Of a stretch of 64,000 bases of DNA, positions 1 to 10,153 are shown in pieces (the first letter of the stretch is position 1; the number at the start of each line of letters is the position of its first letter). Origin of the DNA: Candidatus Limnocylindrales bacterium (GTDB lineage: Bacteria; Chloroflexota; Limnocylindria; Limnocylindrales; CSP1-4); contig JBBQRZ010000014.1 in NCBI GenBank assembly GCA_038214255.1, positions 4,843-68,842 on the forward strand. Reading direction: 5' to 3'. A program made the position numbers and the translations under genes. Under the pieces are notes generated by a model, which was not told the DNA's origin, made no database searches, and worked only from the letters and a program-made list of their open reading frames with translations.

Positions 1-2
1 CC

Positions 3-401
3 GACTGGGATCACTTCGACCGCTCGCATCGCGCCGACTGCCGCTTCGTCGCACGCGAGATCAGTGCCGGCCCGGTCCTCGGCTGGGTGGCATTGACGGC
101 GTACTCGGCGCGTCGCGTCTACCGGGGCGTGGCCTGGGAGAGCGTCTACGTCGCCGCCGACGCGCGAGGTCGCGGCATCGGGCGAGCCCTGCTCGAGGCG
201 GTCATCACGGCCTCGGAGGCAGTGGGTCTATGGACGCTGTTGGCCGGCGTCATGGCCGAGAACGCGGTCAGCCTCGCCCTCCACGAGCGCGTCGGATTCC
301 GCCGGGTTGGCGTGCAACGGTCGATCGGTCGCGATGCCACGGGTCGGTGGCGCGATGTCGTGCTGCTGGAGCACCGGAGCGAAGCGATCGGCGCCGACTG
401 A
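3..401 (+). CDS. GNAT N-acetyltransferase, phosphinothricin acetyltransferase (Pat/YncA)-like; 5' end outside window
   Basis: Frame open from base 3 (DWDHFDRSHRADCRF...). Motifs ESVYV...RGRGIGRALL and ENAVSLALHERVGF...GRWRDV are typical of this GNAT subfamily. Confidence 0.85.
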   Translation, partial: DWDHFDRSHRADCRFVAREISAGPVLGWVALTAYSARRVYRGVAWESVYVAADARGRGIGRALLEAVITASEAVGLWTLLAGVMAENAVSLALHERVGFRRVGVQRSIGRDATGRWRDVVLLEHRSEAIGAD

Positions 402-468
402 GGAGGGTTCGGCGCTCGCCGTTCGGAGCACGCCGACCTCGATCGACTCCTGCCGGGCGCAGCCGACC

Positions 469-496
469 TGAACGTTCTCACCGATCGACGCCGTCA
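469..496 (+). promoter_or_regulatory. Possible ECF-sigma-type promoter upstream of the sigma gene
   Basis: TGAAC (469-473), 18 nt, then CGTCA (492-496). Matches the AAC...CGTC pattern of ECF promoters and would allow autoregulation. Confidence 0.35.
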
Positions 497-542
497 TAGT
501 GGGTAGTCCGCCCCGCCAAGGGCGCGGCGATCGGAGGTCGAG

Positions 543-1094
543 GTGGATCGAGACCTCGTCGAGCAGGCCCGCACGGGCGATCGAGAGGCCTTCGCCGTCC
601 TGGTGCACCAGGTCAGCGACGGACTCTACGCCATCGCCCAACGCACCCTGCGCGACCCCGGTCTCGCCGAGGACGCGCTGCAGAACGCCCTCGTGCTGGC
701 CTGGCGACAGCTCCCGCGCCTGCGAGAGCCAGATCGCTTCGAGGCCTGGATCCACCGGATCCTCGTCCATGCCTGCTACGACGAGTCGAAGCGGGCTCGT
801 ACCTGGAACGCGAACGTCCGGATCCTGCCGATGGATGGTCCCTCGACCCCGGACGGCAGCGCCGCCATTGCCGATCGCGATGAACTGGAGGGCGCCTTCC
901 GGCGGCTCCCGATCGACCAGCGGTCGGTCTTCGTCCTGCACCACTACCTCGGGCTGCCGCTCGTGGAGATCGCCGCGATGCTGGAGATCCCCGCGGGCAC
1001 GGCCCGATCGCGATTGCACTACGCGATGCTCGGTCTGCGCGATGCCCTTACGGCCGAGCCGCAAGCCCCGGTCCGCGGAGGACGACTCGCATGA
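543..1094 (+). CDS. ECF RNA polymerase sigma-70 factor
   Basis: GDREAF, AEDALQ and FEAWIHRI (region 2); region 4 HTH LVEIAAMLEIPAGTARSRLHYA. GGAGG/GAGG upstream of the GTG start. Confidence 0.93.
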   Translation: MDRDLVEQARTGDREAFAVLVHQVSDGLYAIAQRTLRDPGLAEDALQNALVLAWRQLPRLREPDRFEAWIHRILVHACYDESKRARTWNANVRILPMDGPSTPDGSAAIADRDELEGAFRRLPIDQRSVFVLHHYLGLPLVEIAAMLEIPAGTARSRLHYAMLGLRDALTAEPQAPVRGGRLA

Positions 1095-1822
1095 TCGACG
1101 ACCGTTCGCTCGAACGCTCGGCTCGATCGTGGATCGAGGAAGGTCTCACCGCGGCGCCGCCGCACGCGGTCGAGGCCGCGCTGCTGCGCATCGAAACCAC
1201 ACCCCAGGAACGGGACTGGCATGTCCCGTGGAGGTTCCGAACGATGACACTGCCCGCACGCCTGGTGGCGGCGGCCGTGATCGGCGCGCTCGTCATCGCC
1301 GGCGCGGTCGCGCTTGGCGGCCTCGGCGCCGGCCGTTCTGCGCCCACGCCCACGCCGACCACGGCTCCAAGTTCCGCAGTGGTCTCGCCATCGACGGGGA
1401 CGATCGTCGCCCCGCCACTCGCGGAAACCTTCGCCTCGAGTCGCTACGGCTACTCGGTGAAGTACCCGACCGGATGGGCGGTCGTGCCATCCAACACCCT
1501 GTGGACGACCATCGGCTCGAACTTGTGGAGCTCCGGGATCAATGACGAGATCCATGGAACCGCCGCCCGGTTCTCGGGCGCGTCGATGCAGCTCAGCGAT
1601 GGACAGACGGCCGACCAATGGATCACGGCCTACGCATCGCCGGCCGATCGCGCCAAATGGTCGAGGATCGACATCGGTGGCCAGTCGGGATACCTGACGG
1701 CCGACGGGGCTCCCGCGGCCGCGGGCGCGATCGCTCCCTCTTCGGTGTACTTCGACGCCGTGGTCGTCGTCGAGGGCCGGGTCTACAACTTCGATCTGGA
1801 TGGACACGTCGATCGTGCGTAG
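1091..1822 (+). CDS. Putative membrane-anchored anti-sigma factor with extracytoplasmic domain; may extend to 1912 past a suspect TAG
   Basis: ATGA overlap with the sigma gene. Short N-terminal domain, one TM (LVAAAVIGALVIAGAVALGG), P/T/S linker, PsbP-like YGYSVKYPTGW segment. Confidence 0.7.
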   Translation: MIDDRSLERSARSWIEEGLTAAPPHAVEAALLRIETTPQERDWHVPWRFRTMTLPARLVAAAVIGALVIAGAVALGGLGAGRSAPTPTPTTAPSSAVVSPSTGTIVAPPLAETFASSRYGYSVKYPTGWAVVPSNTLWTTIGSNLWSSGINDEIHGTAARFSGASMQLSDGQTADQWITAYASPADRAKWSRIDIGGQSGYLTADGAPAAAGAIAPSSVYFDAVVVVEGRVYNFDLDGHVDRA

Positions 1823-1947
1823 TTCCAGGCCATGCTGACCACGGTCAAGTTCTATGCAGCCTCGGCGCTGGCCCCGAGCTTCCAGGAAAAGGGCGTGGCC
1901 TCGGCCCGGTGATCCGGGCTTGGCTGTCGACGGGTAACCGCCGCCGT

Positions 1948-1981
1948 AGACTTGCCTCCTCGCTGTCGGGGAGGCAAGTCT
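1948..1981 (+). promoter_or_regulatory. Perfect 12-bp inverted repeat spanning the hmgA -10-like box and Shine-Dalgarno
   Basis: AGACTTGCCTCC (1948-1959) pairs with GGAGGCAAGTCT (1970-1981). TAGACT at 1947-1952, GGAGG at 1970-1974, ATG at 1986. Confidence 0.6.
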
Positions 1982-1985
1982 CTCG

Positions 1986-3209
1986 ATGTTCTACGTTGCA
2001 CGCGGCAACATCCCGCCCAAGCGCCACACGCAGCATCGCGCCCCCGATGGCTCGCTCTATGCCGAGGAGCTGTTCGGCGTCGAGGGATTCACCGGTCGTA
2101 GCTCCCTGCTGTACCACACCGTGCCGCCGACGCAGACGCACAAGATCGAGCGCGTGGCCGACGTGGTCGTCGAGGAGGCCGACGACGGGTATCACCACCA
2201 TCGGCTGATCGACGCCGCCGGCGTTCCGCCGGCCGGAGACGCGGTGTCGGGTCGGATCCCGCTGTTCTTCAACAGCGACCTCGTCATGGGCGTCGTCCGG
2301 CCGGCCCAGGCGATGGGGGACAACGTCTTCTATCGCAACGGCGAGGCCGACGAGATGCTCTTCGTCCACGAGGGGAGCGGCCTGCTCGACACCGTATTCG
2401 GGCCGCTTCCGTACGGCCCGGGCGACTACCTCGTCCTGCCGATCGGGACGACCTGGCGACTGGTCCCAGACGAGGGCAGTGAGCAGCGCATGCTGTACCT
2501 CGAGTCGTTCTCCGAACTCGAGGCGCCGAAGCGCTATCGGAACGACTACGGCCAGCTGCTCGAGCACGCACCCTTCAGCCAGCGCGACATCCGAGTGCCC
2601 GACTTCGTCGAGGCCCGGCCGGACGAGGGCGAGTTCCGGGTCCACGTCAAGATGCGAAATCGGCTAACGGCCTACCACTACCGGCATCACCCGTTCGACG
2701 TCGTGGGGTGGGACGGCTACCTTTGGCCATTCGCGTTCTCGATCTCCGACTTCGAGCCGATCACGGGCCGCGTCCACCAGCCGCCACCGGTCCATCAGAC
2801 ATTCGCCGGGCGCAACTTCGTCGTCTGCTCGTTCGTGCCGCGCAAGTTCGACTACCACCCGCTCGCGATCCCGGCGCCCTACAACCACAGCAACATCAAC
2901 TCGGACGAGGTGATCTACTACGTCGCCGGCAACTTCATGAGCCGCCGCGGGGTCGGGATCAGCTCCTTCACCCTCCACCCGGCCGGGATCCCGCACGGTC
3001 CCCACCCGGGGACCGCCGAGGCCTCGATCGGCAAGGAGGCGACCGAGGAGCTCGCCGTGATGGTCGACACCTTCCATCCGCTACGGATCACCAAGCAGGC
3101 GGCCGGCCTGGAGGACGATCGCTATCCCTACAGCTGGCTGCCGGCGGAGGACGCGTCCGGGGAGGCCAGCGAGCTGAGCGAGCGTGGCCCCGAGGCGTTC
3201 CCGGACTAG
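1986..3209 (+). CDS. hmgA: Homogentisate 1,2-dioxygenase
   Basis: PKRHTQ, EELFGVEGF, HPFDVVGWDG, GRVHQPPPVH, iron ligands in PYNHSNINSDEV and TLHPAGIPHGP. Confidence 0.92.
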   Translation: MFYVARGNIPPKRHTQHRAPDGSLYAEELFGVEGFTGRSSLLYHTVPPTQTHKIERVADVVVEEADDGYHHHRLIDAAGVPPAGDAVSGRIPLFFNSDLVMGVVRPAQAMGDNVFYRNGEADEMLFVHEGSGLLDTVFGPLPYGPGDYLVLPIGTTWRLVPDEGSEQRMLYLESFSELEAPKRYRNDYGQLLEHAPFSQRDIRVPDFVEARPDEGEFRVHVKMRNRLTAYHYRHHPFDVVGWDGYLWPFAFSISDFEPITGRVHQPPPVHQTFAGRNFVVCSFVPRKFDYHPLAIPAPYNHSNINSDEVIYYVAGNFMSRRGVGISSFTLHPAGIPHGPHPGTAEASIGKEATEELAVMVDTFHPLRITKQAAGLEDDRYPYSWLPAEDASGEASELSERGPEAFPD

Positions 3210-3358
3210 GTCGCGCGCGGGCCGAGAACTTCCGGCTTGCACCCGACGACACCATCGGACATCGCCCCGGTGCGCCTCGGAACCGGGCCCTTGGTCAGGA
3301 CGCCGCGGGACCACTGGCGGGTGCCGGTCGCCGACCCGTTTACCCGATGATCCATCGC

Positions 3359-4753
3359 ATGCCACGCCGCCGGGTCCTGCTGGCCATGCTCGTCGTCGTC
3401 GCCATGGCGGCGAGCGTGGTCCCGGCGGTCGCCGCCGCTAGCGACACGGATCGCGACGGCCTGCCCGACACATTCGAGAGAACGATGACGCTGACCGACC
3501 CGCGCCGGGCGGATACCGACCGGGACGGGCTCAAGGATGGCTCCGAGGACCCGGACCACGACAGCCTGACGAACCGGCAGGAGTACATCGCCCAGACCCA
3601 CCCGCGCCGGGCCGACACCGACCGGGACGGCATCCGCGACGATCGCGAGGACCCCGATCGGGACTGGCTCCAGAACCGCACGGAGTTCCTCGCCGGGACC
3701 CATCCGCTGCGAATGGACACCGACCGCGACGGGCTGCCCGACGGGTCCGAGGATCCCGATCGGGACGGACTGACCAATCGCCAGGAGCAGTCCCGTGGGA
3801 CGCTCCCACGCAACGCCGACACCGACGGCGACGGGTACCCCGACGGCGAGGAGGCCATCGCCGGTACGAACCCGAAGGACGCCGAGAGCCACCCGGTTGC
3901 GCCGTCCGCCGGGGGACCAACGGTGCCGGGAGCGAACTGCTCGATCTTCCCGATGACCAACGTCTGGAACGTGCCGATCGACGGGCGAGGTGTCGCGGCT
4001 GACTCGGCGACGCTGATCGCCATGATCGGGCTCGACCGCGGCCTGCACATGGACTTCGGGTCGTACGCCGGGTACGGCATCCCGTACCAGGTCGTGTCGG
4101 CGGCCACGGCGCGGTCGACGGTCGTGTTCGATTACGCGGACGAGTCCGATCGTGTCGGCTACCCGATCCCGGGGTCGCCCTTCATCGAGGGCGGCTCGGA
4201 TCGGCACCTGCTCATGGTCGATCGCGACGCGTGTCGGCTGTTCGAGCTGTACGCCGCCCGCAAGGTCGGCTCGACGTGGCATGCCGGCAGTGGTGCGACG
4301 TGGGACCTCGGCTCGAACGCCCTGCGACCCGCCGGTTGGACCAGTGCGGACGCGGCGGGCCTGCCGATCCTCCCTGGGCTCGTCCGCTATGACGAAGTCG
4401 TGGCCGGCACCATCGGCCACGCCCTGCGCTTCACGACGAACCGCACCCGCACGTCCTACATCTACCCGGCCCGCCACCAGGCGGGCGAGTCGAGCGCCGC
4501 GTCATTGCCGCCGATGGGGCTGCGCGTCCGTCTCAAGGCCTCCGTGGGAATCTCGGGCTTGTCGCCGACGGCCCGCGCGATCGCCCAGGCGCTCAAGACG
4601 TACGGGATGATCCTCGCCGATAACGGGTCGCCCTGGTATGTCACTGGCGCGAGTGACCCGCGATTCGACGACGACGTCCTCCACGAGCTCGACGTCATCA
4701 CTGGCCGCGACCTCGAGGTCGTCGACACCTCCGGGCTCGTCAACGGGCCGTGA
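3359..4753 (+). CDS. Secreted protein with DxDxDG (thrombospondin type 3-like) calcium-binding repeats and an uncharacterised C-terminal domain
   Basis: Signal peptide MPRRRVLLAMLVVVAMAASVVPAVAAA, then DTDRDG repeats, then a globular domain (WTSADAAGLPILPGL, YGMILADNGS). Alternative start at 3347. Confidence 0.8.
   Translation: MPRRRVLLAMLVVVAMAASVVPAVAAASDTDRDGLPDTFERTMTLTDPRRADTDRDGLKDGSEDPDHDSLTNRQEYIAQTHPRRADTDRDGIRDDREDPDRDWLQNRTEFLAGTHPLRMDTDRDGLPDGSEDPDRDGLTNRQEQSRGTLPRNADTDGDGYPDGEEAIAGTNPKDAESHPVAPSAGGPTVPGANCSIFPMTNVWNVPIDGRGVAADSATLIAMIGLDRGLHMDFGSYAGYGIPYQVVSAATARSTVVFDYADESDRVGYPIPGSPFIEGGSDRHLLMVDRDACRLFELYAARKVGSTWHAGSGATWDLGSNALRPAGWTSADAAGLPILPGLVRYDEVVAGTIGHALRFTTNRTRTSYIYPARHQAGESSAASLPPMGLRVRLKASVGISGLSPTARAIAQALKTYGMILADNGSPWYVTGASDPRFDDDVLHELDVITGRDLEVVDTSGLVNGP
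3443..3880 (+). repeat. Intragenic DTDRDG repeats, 102-nt (34-aa) period
   Basis: DTD(R/G)DG units start at 3443, 3512, 3614, 3716 and 3818; the last four are exactly 102 nt apart. Confidence 0.85.
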
Positions 4754-4798
4754 CCGGGCAGCCGACGTTCGCCGGCTGAAGCGTGCATCATCGGGCTC

Positions 4799-5593
4799 GT
4801 GACCGACCTTCGAGCCCGGATCCTCGCCGGCGAGACGCTCATCGGCTCCTTCTCGGATCTCGCGTCACCGCTGGCCGTCGAGCTCCTCGGCCGAGCGGGC
4901 TTCGACTGGGTCGTGCTCGACCTCGAACATGGAAGCGCGACCGAGGCCGACCTGCTCGGTCTTCTCTACGCCGCGGCCAGCACCCCCATGGCGGCGATCG
5001 TGCGCGCCCAGTCCGGCGAGCGGCTGCGGATCGGGCGGGCGCTCGATCTCGGGGCGGCCGGGGTCATGATTCCCCAGTCCCAGTCGATCGACCAGGTCCG
5101 CGAGGCGGTCTCCTACCTGCGCTACCCGCCGGTCGGCCAGCGCGGCGTGGCGCTCCGCACCCGCGGCGCCGATTTCGGCGCGCTGCCGCACGAGGACCTC
5201 GCGCGGGTGGTCAACGACCGGATCGTGGGCGTCATCCAGGTCGAATCGGCGGCGATCGTGGCCGCGGCCGACGAGATCGCCGCGCTCGAGGCGGTCGACG
5301 TCATGTTCGTCGGCCCGGCTGACCTCTCCCATGCGCTCGGGGTTCCGGGCCGGTTCGACGAGCCGGGCTACCTCGAGGCGATCCGCGCGGTCGTCGCGGC
5401 CTGCCAGCGACACGGCAAGGAAGCCGGGATCCTGCTCTATGACGCGACCACCCTCGCACGCCACCTGGAGCTCGGTTTTCGCTTCGTGGGGCTCGGGTCG
5501 GAGGGCTCGTTCGTCTCGTCCGGGGCAAAGGCGATGCTGGAGGCCGCGGGCCGGTCGTGGCCGGCGACCCGGCCGAATCGCGTTCGGGCCTAG
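4799..5593 (+). CDS. HpcH/HpaI family class II aldolase
   Basis: [25 protein letters not shown] and FVGPADLS motifs. Confidence 0.9.
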   Translation: MTDLRARILAGETLIGSFSDLASPLAVELLGRAGFDWVVLDLEHGSATEADLLGLLYAAASTPMAAIVRAQSGERLRIGRALDLGAAGVMIPQSQSIDQVREAVSYLRYPPVGQRGVALRTRGADFGALPHEDLARVVNDRIVGVIQVESAAIVAAADEIAALEAVDVMFVGPADLSHALGVPGRFDEPGYLEAIRAVVAACQRHGKEAGILLYDATTLARHLELGFRFVGLGSEGSFVSSGAKAMLEAAGRSWPATRPNRVRA

Positions 5594-6582
5594 CCGGCCC
5601 CGACCTCGGCCTCGAGCGGCATCGCCGGCTCCGGCGCTCCGCCCGGTCGCGGCGCGGTCTGCGCGATCAGGACCCCGATAAAGATCAGAGCTGCCCCGAC
5701 GAGCTGGATCGGCGCCAGGCGCTGGTCGAGGACCAGCAACGACAGCACGACGATGAACAACGGTTCGGTCGTGCTGACCAGCGCCGCCTGCGCCGCCCCA
5801 ATGCGCCGGGCGCCCGCATACAGGGTCTGGATCGCAAAGAAGGTCGCGCCCAGCCCGATACCGATGAGGTATGGCCACGCCGCCACGGGCACGGACCCGG
5901 GAAGGAGCGGCCGGCCGGCCCCAAGCCCCATGACCCCGAAGACGAGGGCGGTCGCGGTCAGCATGACGGCGGTCGTCACGGCGGCGTCCCGCGCCGTCGA
6001 GGCCGACTCCGGTGCGTCGCTGCCCAGCCGGTCCTGACGCTCCCCGGACAGGCGCGCGGACAGGACGATCCAGACCGAGTAGATCGCGGCGGACGCGAGG
6101 ATGAGCAGCAGGCCGGGGACCGGCACGGATCGGCCCAGGTCCAGCCCGCCCAGGGCCAGCACGACGCCCGCCACCGCCAGCCCGAGCGCGATCCACGGCC
6201 GCCGCCCGGGGAGGCGGGTCGCGAATCGCAGCGACAGCAGGGCCACGAACACCGGGTAGATGTAGACGAGGACCCCCGCGAGCGCGGCCGGGATCGTTTC
6301 GATGCCCGCGTAGTAGGTCCCGGCATTGCCCGTGTAGACGGCACCGAGCACGAGCGCAACCGCGATCTGGCGGCGCGGCATCGCCCGAAGCAAGGCCCGT
6401 CGCCGAGCCGACACGAGCACCCAGATCCACATCAGTGTGGCGCCGATCAGGAACCGCCACCAGAGGAGGATCAGCCAGTCCAGGCCAACGGCATAGCTCA
6501 GGGTCGCGAAGATCGATCCGGACGCGAATCCGGCCCCCGTGACCAGCACCAGCGCGACGCCCAGGGCGTGTCGTCGATCCAT
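5590..6582 (-). CDS. DMT/EamA family transporter
   Basis: About 10 TM segments in two EamA-like halves ([10 protein letters not shown]; [13 protein letters not shown]). Confidence 0.88.
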   Translation of the reverse strand: MDRRHALGVALVLVTGAGFASGSIFATLSYAVGLDWLILLWWRFLIGATLMWIWVLVSARRRALLRAMPRRQIAVALVLGAVYTGNAGTYYAGIETIPAALAGVLVYIYPVFVALLSLRFATRLPGRRPWIALGLAVAGVVLALGGLDLGRSVPVPGLLLILASAAIYSVWIVLSARLSGERQDRLGSDAPESASTARDAAVTTAVMLTATALVFGVMGLGAGRPLLPGSVPVAAWPYLIGIGLGATFFAIQTLYAGARRIGAAQAALVSTTEPLFIVVLSLLVLDQRLAPIQLVGAALIFIGVLIAQTAPRPGGAPEPAMPLEAEVGAG

Positions 6583-6640
6583 GACGCGGGAAGCTACCAG
6601 CCCGCAACCCTTTCCAGCGGGGAGCGTCTACACTTCGAGC

Positions 6641-7141
6641 GTGACCGACCTCACCGAAGGTGCGGTCGCGCGTCGCGTCCCCTCGCTGACCGACGAGCGG
6701 CTGCGCGTGCTCAGTCGCCGACAACCCGTCACCGTTGCCCCAGGGACGAGTCTCGCCGAATGCCTGCGCGCGATCCAGCGCACCGGTACCGGCGATTCGG
6801 TGTTCGTGTGCGACCCGACCGGACGTCTCGTCGGCGTCCTCACCGAGCGCGACATCTTCGCGCGGATCGTCGGCGGGAAGATCGACCTCACCCAGCCGGT
6901 CGAATCGCTGATGACGACCGAGCCGCGCACGTTCGATCTCGACCGAACGATCCGCGACGCCATCGAGCTCATGCAGACCGGCCGCCACCGCAACGTCCCG
7001 GTCGTCGACGACGACGGAAAGCTCGTCGGCGTCGTGCGCCAGTCCGACATCATCAAGTACCTGGCGGAGTCGTTCCCCGAGGAGCTGCTCAACCTGCCGC
7101 CCCGGACGAACCAGCGCATGAAGGAGCCGGAAGGCGCGTGA
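6641..7141 (+). CDS. CBS domain pair protein
   Basis: LVGVLTERD and [12 protein letters not shown] motifs. GTG start 6 nt after TACACT. Stop overlaps the korA start. Confidence 0.85.
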   Translation: MTDLTEGAVARRVPSLTDERLRVLSRRQPVTVAPGTSLAECLRAIQRTGTGDSVFVCDPTGRLVGVLTERDIFARIVGGKIDLTQPVESLMTTEPRTFDLDRTIRDAIELMQTGRHRNVPVVDDDGKLVGVVRQSDIIKYLAESFPEELLNLPPRTNQRMKEPEGA

Positions 7142-8991
7142 CGACCACCGCCCAGCCGGAGACCGCGGTCCAGGAGCTCGAACGGGTCACGATCCGATTC
7201 GCCGGCGACTCGGGCGACGGGATGCAGCTCACCGGGACGCAGTTCACCCGGACCGCCGCCGTCTTCGGCAACGACATCAGCACGCTGCCCGATTTCCCCG
7301 CCGAGATCCGCGCCCCGGCCGGATCGCTGCCCGGCGTCTCGGGCTTCCAGATCAGCTTCAGCTCGAACCAGATCCATACGCCGGGTGACGAACCGGACGT
7401 CCTCGTCGCGATGAACCCCGCCGCGCTCAAGACGAACATCGGCGACCTGCCCGCGGGAGGCGCCCTCATCGTCAACCGCGACGCCTTTACCCAGCAGAAT
7501 CTCAACAAGGCCGCCTACGCCGCGAACCCCCTGACCGATGGGTCGCTCAAGGCGTACACGACCTTCGAGATCCCGATCTCGTCGCTCAACGAGCGCGCCC
7601 TCGACGGGCTCGACATGACGACCAAGCAGAAGGACCTTACGAAGAACTTCTTCGCGCTCGGGATCATGTTCTGGCTGTACGAACGGAGCATGGACCCGAC
7701 GCTCGGCTGGATCGACCAGAAGTTCGCGGCGCGGCCGGTCATCGCCGAAGCCAACAAGCGGGCCCTCAAGGCGGGCTATGCGTACGGCGAGACAACCGAG
7801 ATCTTCCACACCCACTACCGGGTCCGGCCGGCCAAGCTGCCGCCCGGCACGTACCGCAACATCACCGGCAACGAGGCCACGGCCCTCGGCTTCCTCGTCG
7901 CCTCCCGGCTCGCCAACCGGCCCCTCTTCTACGGCAGCTACCCGATCACGCCGGCCAGCGACATCCTGCACCAGCTGTCGGGCTACAAGACCTTCGGCGT
8001 CAAGACGTTCCAGGCCGAGGACGAGATCGCCGCGATCGGGGCCTCGATCGGCGCGAGCTACGGGGGCGCGCTCGGCATGACGGCCTCGTCCGGCCCGGGC
8101 ATCGCCCTCAAGACCGAGGCGATGGGCCTCGCGCTCATGGTCGAGCTGCCCCTGGTCGTCATCGACGTCCAGCGCGCCGGCCCTTCGACCGGCATGCCGA
8201 CGAAGAACGAGCAGGCCGACCTGCTGCAGGTCATGTTCGGGCGCAACTCCGACTCACCGATCCCGATCGTCGCCCCGGCCACGCCCGGCGAGTGCTTCGA
8301 CATGGCGATCGAGGCCTGGCGTATCGCGCTCAAGTACATGACGCCGGTCGCATACCTGTCCGACGCGTTCCTCGCGACGGGGTCGGAGCCGTGGCTGATC
8401 CCCGCGCTCGCCGACCTGCCGAAGATCGGGGTCGACAACGCCACGCTCGGCGACGGCCCGTTCCGTCCGTACGGGCGCGATCCGGACACGCTCGCCCGAC
8501 CGTGGGCCGTGCCCGGGACGGCCGGCCTCGAGCATCGCATCGGCGGCCTCGAGAAGGCGGACATCACCGGCAATGTCAGCTACGACCCGGACAACCACCA
8601 CCGCATGCAGACCCTGCGCGCGGCGAAGGTCGCCGGAATCGCCCGCGACATCCCGCCGCTGGACGTCTTCGGCCCCGAGCGCGGGGAGCTGCTGATCCTC
8701 GGCTGGGGCTCCACCCACGGGGCGATCCGCTCGGCGGTCGAGCGCCTGGTGGCCGAAGGTCGTTCCGTGGCCCACGCCCACCTGCGCCACCTGAATCCGT
8801 TCCCGGCGAACACCGGGGACGTCCTGCGCAACTATCGCCGCGTCCTCATCCCCGAAGTCAACCTGGGCCAGCTCCTCATGCTCGTCCGGGCCAGGTACCT
8901 GATCGATGCCGTCGGCTACGACCGCGTCCGGGGCAAGCCGTTCCGGATCGCCGAGATCGTCTCCGAGGCGGAACGCCTTCTGGCGGAGTGA
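7138..8991 (+). CDS. korA: 2-oxoacid:ferredoxin oxidoreductase alpha subunit (gamma-alpha fusion)
   Basis: [26 protein letters not shown] and QRAGPSTG motifs. The true start is the GTG at 7138 inside the long ORF 5557..8991. Confidence 0.93.
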   Translation: MTTTAQPETAVQELERVTIRFAGDSGDGMQLTGTQFTRTAAVFGNDISTLPDFPAEIRAPAGSLPGVSGFQISFSSNQIHTPGDEPDVLVAMNPAALKTNIGDLPAGGALIVNRDAFTQQNLNKAAYAANPLTDGSLKAYTTFEIPISSLNERALDGLDMTTKQKDLTKNFFALGIMFWLYERSMDPTLGWIDQKFAARPVIAEANKRALKAGYAYGETTEIFHTHYRVRPAKLPPGTYRNITGNEATALGFLVASRLANRPLFYGSYPITPASDILHQLSGYKTFGVKTFQAEDEIAAIGASIGASYGGALGMTASSGPGIALKTEAMGLALMVELPLVVIDVQRAGPSTGMPTKNEQADLLQVMFGRNSDSPIPIVAPATPGECFDMAIEAWRIALKYMTPVAYLSDAFLATGSEPWLIPALADLPKIGVDNATLGDGPFRPYGRDPDTLARPWAVPGTAGLEHRIGGLEKADITGNVSYDPDNHHRMQTLRAAKVAGIARDIPPLDVFGPERGELLILGWGSTHGAIRSAVERLVAEGRSVAHAHLRHLNPFPANTGDVLRNYRRVLIPEVNLGQLLMLVRARYLIDAVGYDRVRGKPFRIAEIVSEAERLLAE

Positions 8992-8998
8992 CCCAGCC

Positions 8999-10123
8999 AT
9001 GACCGAGACCAACGGCCAGACGGCCGACACCGACGGCACGCCGGACGGCACCAACGGCCAGATGGCCGACGCCGCCGTTCCCGCGCAGCCGCCGCTCTCA
9101 CCGGACAACGCCGCGGTCATCGCGCTGACCCGCAAGGACTTCGTATCCGATCAGGAGGTCCGCTGGTGCCCCGGCTGCGGCGACTACTCGATCCTCGCCC
9201 AGACCCAGAAGGTCATGCCCGATTTCGGGTACGCCAGGGAGAACATCGTGTTCATCTCGGGGATCGGCTGCAACGGTCGGCTCCCGTACTACATGAACAC
9301 CTTCGGCTTCCACACGATCCACGGCCGGGCGCCGACGCTCGCCACGGGGCTCAAGGCCGCGCGGCCCGAGCTGATGGTGTGGGTGATCACCGGCGACGGC
9401 GATGCGCTCTCGATCGGCGGCAACCACGTCATCCACTCGATGCGGCGGAACGTCGACATCAACCTCGTGATGTTCAACAACCGGATCTACGGCCTGACCA
9501 AGGGCCAGGCCTCGCCGACGTCGGAGTTCGGCAAGCGGACGAAATCGACCCCGATGGGCTCTGTCGACACGCCGATCGTGCCGCTGACGATCGCCCTCGC
9601 CGCCGAAGCGTCGTTCGTGGCGCGCTCCGTCGACACCCACACCGAGCACCTCCAGGCGACGCTCGAGCGGGCCGGGCGCCACAAGGGCAGTTCATTCATC
9701 GAGGTCCTCCAGAACTGCAACATCTTCAACGACGGCGCGTGGCGCGACTTCACCGACCGGGACGTCCGCGAGGACCGGATGCTCATACTCGAGCACGGCA
9801 AGCCGATGATCTTCGGCAAGGACCGCGACAAAGGCATTCGCCTGCGCGGGCTCCATCCCGAGGTCGTCACCATCGGGCAGGACGGTGTCACCGAGGCGGA
9901 TCTGCTGGTCCACGACGAAGCGGCTGACGAGCCGTATCTCGCGTTCATGCTCTCGCGGATGTTCTGGCCCGAGTTCCCGGTCCCGGTCGGCGTCCTGCGC
10001 GCGACGAGCCGGCCCACCCACGATCGACTCATCGAGGATCAGCTGGCCGCCGCCATCGCCCGCTCGGGTCCGGGTGATCTCGAGGCCGTCCTCGATGGCG
10101 GCGAGACCTGGACGGTCGAGTAA
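8999..10123 (+). CDS. korB: 2-oxoacid:ferredoxin oxidoreductase beta subunit
   Basis: WCPGCGD, GIGC, HGRA, and TPP motif GDGD...NNRIYGLTKGQ. Confidence 0.93.
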   Translation: MTETNGQTADTDGTPDGTNGQMADAAVPAQPPLSPDNAAVIALTRKDFVSDQEVRWCPGCGDYSILAQTQKVMPDFGYARENIVFISGIGCNGRLPYYMNTFGFHTIHGRAPTLATGLKAARPELMVWVITGDGDALSIGGNHVIHSMRRNVDINLVMFNNRIYGLTKGQASPTSEFGKRTKSTPMGSVDTPIVPLTIALAAEASFVARSVDTHTEHLQATLERAGRHKGSSFIEVLQNCNIFNDGAWRDFTDRDVREDRMLILEHGKPMIFGKDRDKGIRLRGLHPEVVTIGQDGVTEADLLVHDEAADEPYLAFMLSRMFWPEFPVPVGVLRATSRPTHDRLIEDQLAAAIARSGPGDLEAVLDGGETWTVE

Positions 10124-10153
10124 GGACGTTTCGGCGAGCAGGGAGGGGCGCGA

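Noticed and set aside
1820-1822. Stop-codon reassignment or pyrrolysine
   Set aside because: Several conserved genes (hmgA, S8, cimA, ppk2) end properly at TAG, and no pyl genes are visible.
3443-3880. Regularly spaced repeats resembling a CRISPR array
   Set aside because: The repeats are degenerate, in frame and protein-coding with a 102-nt period; no cas genes are present.
5557-7137. Apparent 527-aa N-terminal extension of korA
   Set aside because: It overlaps the EamA and CBS genes and is low-complexity. Homology starts at the GTG at 7138, which overlaps the CBS stop.
9008-9070. 21-nt direct repeat (TNGQ(T/M)AD twice) at the korB N-terminus
   Set aside because: Small duplication in a disordered tail; no sign of a mobile element or array.
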